Part shown: positions 46,465 through 64,000 of the stretch, one piece after another
Numbering within the stretch: the first letter of the stretch is position 1
How the letters are laid out: every line of letters starts with the position of its first letter
NCBI GenBank assembly: GCA_002633005.1
Contig: NMRA01000050.1
Coordinates: 40,317-104,316 of the forward strand
Source of the DNA: Phoronis australis
Taxonomy: Eukaryota > Animalia > Phoronida
DNA length: 64,000 bases
Direction: 5' to 3'
Translations under genes and position numbers: made by a program
The notes under the pieces: model-generated
The model's database searches: none
Told to the model about the DNA's origin: nothing
Seen by the model: the letters and a program-made list of their open reading frames with translations, nothing else

Positions 46465-48965
46465 CAGTGGCGGATCTAGGATATCGCAAGGGGGGCACAA
46501 CATTTTGTCCGGCTGTAAGCATTTGCACAAACCACGATTGTAGATGCGCATAGCACCGAATGGGGGGAGGTTGGGAGGGGGTTTGCCCAGGAATTTTTTC
46601 TGTTTTTTCATCTAAAAATCAAGCATTTTCCTTGATTCCTGAAGTATTATCCAAGAAAAAAGGCAAAAAAAAACCGGAGAACGTGTCAAACAGGTAAAAC
46701 TGCAAGGTAGGCCTACCAGAGACTAGAACTCACAACCTGGCGAATAGAGGGCGCGTGCTTTACCACTACACCACCACGATTTAAAGGAGAATGCCACCCG
46801 ATTTAATTAGTCTTTTTTGCCGTCTTAATCGGTGTATATCCACATCGCCTCGCATACGGTCGACCTTACCTTGCCAAGAGGTTTCGCGTTAATCTGTGAG
46901 GAAGGTGAGAAACGACGCTAGCGAAGTCAGTGGTTCATCTGCAGAGTGAATGCCGCTATGATGGTGCATCGCTGCCGCTTGTCCAAACTATGCAGGTGCG
47001 AGGGAAGCGGGTATATCGTTTTTTTCAACTTCTTCGAGAGACCGAAATGCTTAGGAAGTGGATCGTGGTAGTGAAGAATGAAAAGAACGTTGTAAATATC
47101 AAGTACTGTATGAGGCCTTGAAACATGTCCGTGTCTGTGGCCTGGAATCGTCGACAGCGCCTGACGAATGCCGGCTTACCAATCCATACGTTTCGTTGTC
47201 TGAGCTTGTTCACGGCGCCTGTCTAGTATTTCTTCATCACTGTATTCCTGTTCGAATTGATAGCCTATGAAACTTAACGATCCACCTGCGAAGTCTTAAT
47301 AAGAATCGACCGATGAGCTCTCGTCTAAGTCGGGATTCCGAGTTGCCATGTTGATGTTTACTGAACGTTCTGTTTCAAAATGAATTATTCTCACCCTAAC
47401 CAATACTTATATAAAACTGAAACAAAGTCTGCCTCATTAGATGCAATTTGTAATGCCTTTGAGTGTGCAAATGATTTGAGAAGCCAGCATCACGCGTTAC
47501 CGGCTGTAGGTGCAATAAGACTAATTGACGGGACACCGAGGCCGTGTGAGCTCATGCAAATTTATTGTTTGCTGGCAGAAACTGTTGTGAAACAACTCAG
47601 TCGATTTCCACCCTACGGCCTGGTGTTAGGGGAGTCTTTATTTACATTTACATTAATAAAATAATGATTGTCAATGTACAACTTCTGCCCTGACGGTGCT
47701 ATGACCAAAGCGGAACCTAAATTCGCGGCTCCCGACGCGGAGTAAGTAGCTTTGCAGTCATTTGTCGTGGGTAATTCACCAACATAATCACGTGCGCATT
47801 ACTTTGGCTCACTAGTATAGTATTTTCTTGACTGGAAGTTTAGTTTCCAACTTTGGCTGGTTTATTTCCGTGATGTCTGATAAGTTTCCGAGCCATTGAC
47901 CGAGTTAACGATGCGGCCGGCCGCGACGGGCCTGATCGGGCTCCGAGCCACTGGCCATGATACCAAGCGTTTTGTTTGTTTAGAACTAAAAAAATCACAA
48001 GTCTAAAAAACACAGATCTGGGTTCTCCTGTCTGTATCTCACGGAAAATACTTCGAATTTGTCTCCGAACAGACCCCCAAACTCCTGCTACGGACCTTAT
48101 TGGCCTGCCGGACTTTGGAGGCTATGGTGTGTCCAAATACCAATAAATCCGTAAGAGCGAAATAAAACAACACGTTTTTATAAGAACTCGGTGTATTTTA
48201 AAGGTTTTACATCAAAGTTTAATGATTTATTGGTGTTAAACGATGAATTCAAGCGATAAGCTGACACCAGTTACCGGTGTTGTGAACTGCTGAACAGACT
48301 GCGTGTGAAACCAATTACATGTACGTCATTGGATAGTTTCAACACCTCCGTCTGCCGTCAGGTGTCAGGTAACGCAACCGTACGTGCCGTTATCGAGTAG
48401 AACTACTCGATCAAAATTGATACCAATTAGGTTGTTTTTTGGGTGGCATGCTCCTTTAACTACTAACTGCATACTAAGAGACCTGCTTGTTTATGGTCCA
48501 CAGCGTTTGCGCGCGAAACCTACTTCTTTTTGTAATGCTTATTACACGTTTTATATGTTGTGCAATCGGTTCTTAACAAATTTGTTGTATTTAAAATAAT
48601 CTTCAAATGCCCAAAAGAGCAAATCCGTTTTTCGTGTTGGCAATAATGACGGGATTGCTTTGGAAATCGTCTTAAGTTAAGGTTTGACAAAGAGAGAATT
48701 ATGAGTTTCTGAGTGAATTACCAAGGCTTCGATTAAAATTCACATCTTACCAATACCTTCTGTTTTTTCATCGTCATTCAGCTTCCATTTTCTTTAAAAA
48801 ATGAAGTAAATTGTCTTCATTGCACAGTGGAGCAGCCGACGGAAACGGAGTCGTAGTGCGCAGCGCCACTGCCGGTCGCCTGGGATATTGCGAGAGAGCC
48901 CATACTTAGCCGTAGCACAGTTCCGTTACGAATAAGCTGTGTTCCGAATTTGACACTTGAAATTG
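46465..48965. mobile_element. Inverted copy of the 11147-11942 repeat, split by a Kolobok-like insertion
   Basis: Starts CAGTGGCGGATCTAGG; homology stops at 46784 and resumes at ~48460. Confidence 0.65.
46785..48455 (+). mobile_element. Kolobok-like non-autonomous DNA transposon, copy 2
   Basis: TTAA|AGGAGAATGCCACCC...GGGTGGCATGCTCCT|TTAA (RR termini, TTAA TSD); THAP-like remnant at ~46930-47150. Confidence 0.8.
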
Positions 48966-48967
48966 GA

Positions 48968-49103
48968 TTATGAGAATAACATTTTTCGAATTTGGTGGTA
49001 TACCAGTAATGAATCTTTTGCAATTTTACAAGTCACTTGTAGTAAAATTGCAAAAGATTCATTACTGGTATACCACCAAATTCGAAAAATGTTATTCTCA
49101 TAA
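48968..49103. repeat. Perfect inverted repeat, 62-bp arms and 12-bp spacer
   Basis: Arms 48968-49029 and 49042-49103 are exact reverse complements. Confidence 0.95.
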
Positions 49104-52100
49104 AAACGCTGGCGTTCACGCTTATAGGGTCAGCCACGCCAAGCGTGCGACTTTACTAATATGACGGGGCGCTGGGATCTGTTCCTCAGTGATGCGTATA
49201 CATTTTTGGGTAACTCCAGAACGAGTGATCCTCAAAACTGCACGTCAAAACTTCCAAAAATAAGCGGCTTTACTGGATAAACCAGCTCCGGCGAAAGCTC
49301 CTCGACTTCTCGGTGTAATAATGTTTGCTGGAGTTCACTCGAAACTGAAGATAAATCTTTTATAGAACAAGTCCAAAATCCGATAAAATGCTTATTTCAA
49401 ACGTAGAAAACATGACACCTCGGTTACCATTGTTTATTCATTTTTGATGAAAACCTCTACCCGGTGTCGAAAGTAGTTCTACCAGGTTTCAGTAACCCTT
49501 TGAAGCTTGGGAGATCATTAATTGGCCTGCTTGTTATCATACCAGGCGGGACTAAAGACTGTGCTGGGCAGTTAACTTGACAAAGGAGCCCGGTCGCACG
49601 CTCAACACCTCTCACGTCTAAAGTTGCTGAACGTACAGAACGCCGTCATGATATAATAAAAACAGCTTACGCCCTTCAATTTGCTCTTATCGTATGGTGC
49701 TAGTATGGTGGAAGCACTCGAGCGCGGATTTCGTTCAGCCATCTATGGTTCAACGTTCGATAGGCCTACTATACTCGCCACCGGACCGGGCCGGGTAGCG
49801 GATAGCTTACGTGTCGCCCAGGTGAGACGACCCGGCTCTTCGAGCATACGTCCAAACCTCGACCAATGTCTCCACCTACTCGCTGCACAAAAGACCGCCA
49901 AAGTAGCCGTCTATACGAAATTCTTCGCGTTAGGAAATGCCCGACCACGTTGCACGACGAAAGAAATTCGTCGACAGTCCAGAGACACTATACCGAAGTT
50001 AATGTGCGATAGTTTCTAAAATTATGTCAACGCAATAAAATGTGATATTTTATGTGTTACTTATAGACAAGAATCTTTTCAAATGTCTAAGTTTTTAAAC
50101 ACTTATTTTGCTAATTTCAAAACTTTTCGAATAGAATGGACTAAACGAGTCGAAAAGCGTAGATAAATATGGACCTATGCACTTAGGACCAGAGCCGTAG
50201 TGCTTTGAAAAACGCTTCAACAATTACAACAAATTCAAACTTGAAGTGTAAGGTATGGTTTTGCGGTATTTTTCGTCACAAATTCGAATGAAATATCAAA
50301 ATTGATCTCCGACTTAAAGTTAAGAAGTTGTGTTTTTACAACTGAAGTTGACAACTAGGCTAAAGTAATAAAGTTTTATGACCGGTCAACTGACAGTGTA
50401 CAGAGATCACACAATGGGGCTCGTCGCGTACGTAAATCTTATGCGGATAAATCAACTGAAATCTTTTGTGAGCTACCAGACACTTCGCTCTGTTAAACGC
50501 GGCGCTTTCGACCTTTACTTCACCAAGATCTGCTGCGATATGACTGTTTCAAAACTTAAAACCACCCTTTAAGTGCGTAACCCTCTGGCAACGAGCATCA
50601 ATTCTTCACTTCGAGTCGTTTGTCACAAAATAAATGATTATCGATATTTCGGGTACCAATTTCGTTCACCGATAAGTCCTCAGTTTAGCAAAAACGTCTT
50701 GCACTAGCACTGTTTGACTTTTCGTTGTCTCTTAGACTATGACACCGCGTTTCCATCAGTCACACTTTGGCGGCCTCGCGTCGCTGTCGAAGTGTTTTTG
50801 CATGGACTGGCGCACCGAGACCTGGATCAAAATTAACCTTAATTTCAGGATGAAAACACCACAGGGAAGACAAATTTCATTCATTTGAACTCTGCAAAAG
50901 ACTGGGGAGCGGCAGAGTGCAGCTGCCCTTTGAAAATTCGATCGCCCTAACCGGCTCGGCCGCGGACACCGGCTGTAAGCGGCTTCTACCTGGCGTCCAG
51001 CAGTTTTGAGTCGCATTGACGACTGGGCGAGTGGTTAAATATATCACTGTTTATGACCTTGAGTTCTTTAAGCTGGTGATTTTGTCATTATCGTGTTCAA
51101 ATTATCAACCACAACATTCGCTTTTTTTGACGAAGGACCCGGGTACACCCCCCACCTTCCTCTGACGCAGCGTCACCTATGTGAAATGGTGCGGTACACA
51201 ATGCTGCTATTTCATTGGCACAGTTGTGCCGAGCGCCACCTGAAACAATCAGAAGGATAAATGTAATACAGAAGGGTAGGTACTGTGCATTGGTCTTGTT
51301 TGATAAGCTATTCGATGTGTTTTCTGTAAATTTACAAATCAATTTACTGTAGTGATTTCAGACTCTACTCAATCATTTAACCATAAATCGAATCGTGACC
51401 AGCCAAGAACTCGCAGAGTTAGGCCTAGAAGTCGCAGGAAACAAGAATTTAACGAAGTATCAAGTAATCCACCTACCAGCAGTAGCCTAATTTCCCTATA
51501 ATTTGCCGAAGGCGTAGTTAGCAATGCATTCTGATTAAGCCCGAACGCCGGAATACTCTGAAAATTACGCTTAACCCTGACTAAACTACCAAAATTATGT
51601 TACCTTTCGAGTATAGGTGGACGCCTTTTAGAGGCATCTGTGCCCGGTTGCATGAAAGTGAAACGGTGACAATAGGGACTCGACTAAGTTCCCCAAATCT
51701 ACTACGTATTTGCGTCTTTCTTTACTCAGAGGTGTAATGTTTTTCTTTAGTTTCATATTTATCATGAGCTGCTCTTTTACCAGTGACATCTTCTAATAAC
51801 ATAACTAAAGTGAGCCCTGGGTTCTATGAAATATTGTCCTTAAATTAGGAGCATTTCAGATCCCATGAGACGTACTCTTACGCTAATATTTGGGTTTTGT
51901 TACTCCAACGCCTAAGTGAGCTTAAGGCAGGCTAATCAATATGTCTTAATTGATTCACAAATTATAATGCGTCGATTTTAAAGATTCAAAGATAGCTAAA
52001 TATTTACTTGAACCTCAATTATAAAAACAGTCATGTTGGTCGTCTCCCTTACATTGTGTACGTTTTTCGACTTTGAATTTATTAGGCTAAACATGCCCGT

Positions 52101-53347
52101 TGTTTATGAACACAATTATCTCCATCAATGCATATTCAGCCAAACCCATGAATAGCGATTGCCTCACGTCAGTCTGTGATGGTGGCATCCAGCCTTTGAG
52201 GTACCGAGGATTTTGCTGGATCTCTGGGGTAAACAGTGCACACCTTCTTGTCCACTTGCGTGCAGATCCTGTTAGCGTTTGATTTGCCTATTGCTTACTA
52301 ATTATTCAATAATATTGAGAATTCAACATAGAGCTCACTCTTAATTTGTATCAATGCCAAACATTGACTTAGTAATGAAACTAAATTAGTATAAGAAAGG
52401 ACAACCAGTGTTTTTCTTAAATCTACACACACGCAATATATTTCTAACAGGGATTTAAAGCAGAGTCCCTATTTGGTATCGTTTCATGCAACTGGACATA
52501 ACAGTTTAAATGTTTGTAACATGTGCTAACAGTCTTGTAACTTTTTCTGAACGCTCCTTCATTCCTTGAATAAAATTAAAACTGACCTCCAGTATAGTCA
52601 ACGTGCTCAAGGTCAAATGGAAACGTTCAAAGGTTTATCTTATTGAGCTCACCTGTCTGCCAGCCATCCCAATAGGTGGCAGCACAGACAGGAGACCTGT
52701 CTAAGGATAGGCCTACCTACTTTCGACTACTTTTTTATGACTTGCATTTTGTGCATTCATGTAAACTTTTGTTTTTACGGAAAAATATTCTTGATATATA
52801 ATAAAACATATCAACTTAAGAGAAAATGGATTGACCTGACAGAAATTTTACAAGTGATAAAAGACAAGAAAAGTGCATACACCTGATTCAGCAATCAGTA
52901 TGGCACGTGCACAGTGCAAGCTGTTTGTGTAAGGCTTGTCTAAGATGGTAATGTAACAATGTCATCTGTAATCCAGGTCTTGCTTTAATTTATACTCGGT
53001 TTTGGAGTAATTTCCTGTTAAGGAGTAATCTCCCCTAAGTGTAACTACTCTGCTTGATATGGCAACCTAGCGGGTTTCTAGTTTATGTGTCAAACCATAC
53101 ATGGTATTTCACACAAAGCAGTTGCATGAATGTTTAAATCACGATTTGTACTGTGGAAAACTTCACCATATTTTATTTTTATTCTACAAGAAGCTGCTCC
53201 CAAAGTATTGATACAAAACACACACATGTTGCTTGCAACAAATCTCCGTTTTCTTTGACTTTGAATTGGATGAAAATTTATCTAGGGGTGGTATTGGACC
53301 CAGTCTTGAATTGTCAAACTGTTATAATCACGTTTTATTTTTCAGAG

Positions 53348-63441
<10,094 letters not shown>

Positions 63442-64000
63442 GTGAGTTGATTTTTGTGCATGTGATTGTTTTCCTTAGTCTTAAATTTAATTGTGATCTC
63501 GTCTGAAAGTGGTTGTAATGTTGGCGTTGTTTTACTCTTGAACATGCATTAAGTATCAGTTTGACTAGTCACATTTACTCTTACTAATTCACGATTGTTG
63601 TGTTTTCTACAACTCTGTGATCATTGAAGTGACAGTAGTCGGTGGGCCAAATCTCATAGCGTTCACCCTTGTGAGTACTTTGGGGGGGCAACCTAGTTTT
63701 TTCTATGTGGCTAGATAATATAACTAAAAATCAAATTCCAAAAAGTTCCCACGTCTACACTTGCACATTTTTTTAAAAAAAGGTGTTTTTGTTGCACAAA
63801 ATATGATGCATATTCCTGCCACTTGATGGCGCTTTTCTAGTGAATTGACCAATCAGAGAGCCAGATTGTATTGTTGTGCTTAGTTACTTCAATATGGCTG
63901 CTCCCATGGAATGTGATGTCTGTATAATTCAAGGTTTATCAAACAGCACAAAATTGTGATGTCAGAGCCTAAAGAAGCTTAGGAAAGCTTCCTGACGAAA

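Noticed and set aside
50180-50252. Possible non-coding first exon of CUL2 (AAG|gtatgg)
   Set aside because: Only a donor-like motif in a CpG-richer region; cannot be verified.

Overview
AT-rich animal (invertebrate-like) genomic DNA with spliceosomal introns; no prokaryotic features. Three multi-exon genes can be reconstructed. (1) A + strand type-I membrane protein with four Ig-like exons, a TSP1 exon and a TM/cytoplasmic exon (3282-~18621); it carries an in-frame stop and two homopolymer frameshifts. (2) A convergent - strand Delta/Serrate-like gene (44042-21267) with N-terminal C2/MNNL, divergent DSL, EGF, a ~480-aa Thr/Pro/Ser mucin stalk built from 75-bp repeats and a second EGF; its 3' end is unresolved. 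(3) The 5' part of cullin-2 (53348 to past the window end), whose first coding intron is a U12-type AT-AC intron. Introns and intergenic DNA are full of transposons: a full-length Gmr1-type Gypsy LTR element (integrase upstream of RT), a second deleted Gmr1-type element interrupted by a THAP/P-superfamily element, two Kolobok-like copies, a MITE family with 5-bp TSDs, a Penelope GIY-YIG remnant, a Crypton-like hairpin element, foldbacks and minisatellites. TACATGTA motifs, probably excision footprints, recur throughout. Exon models were built by eye from splice signals and reading phase; no searches were run.
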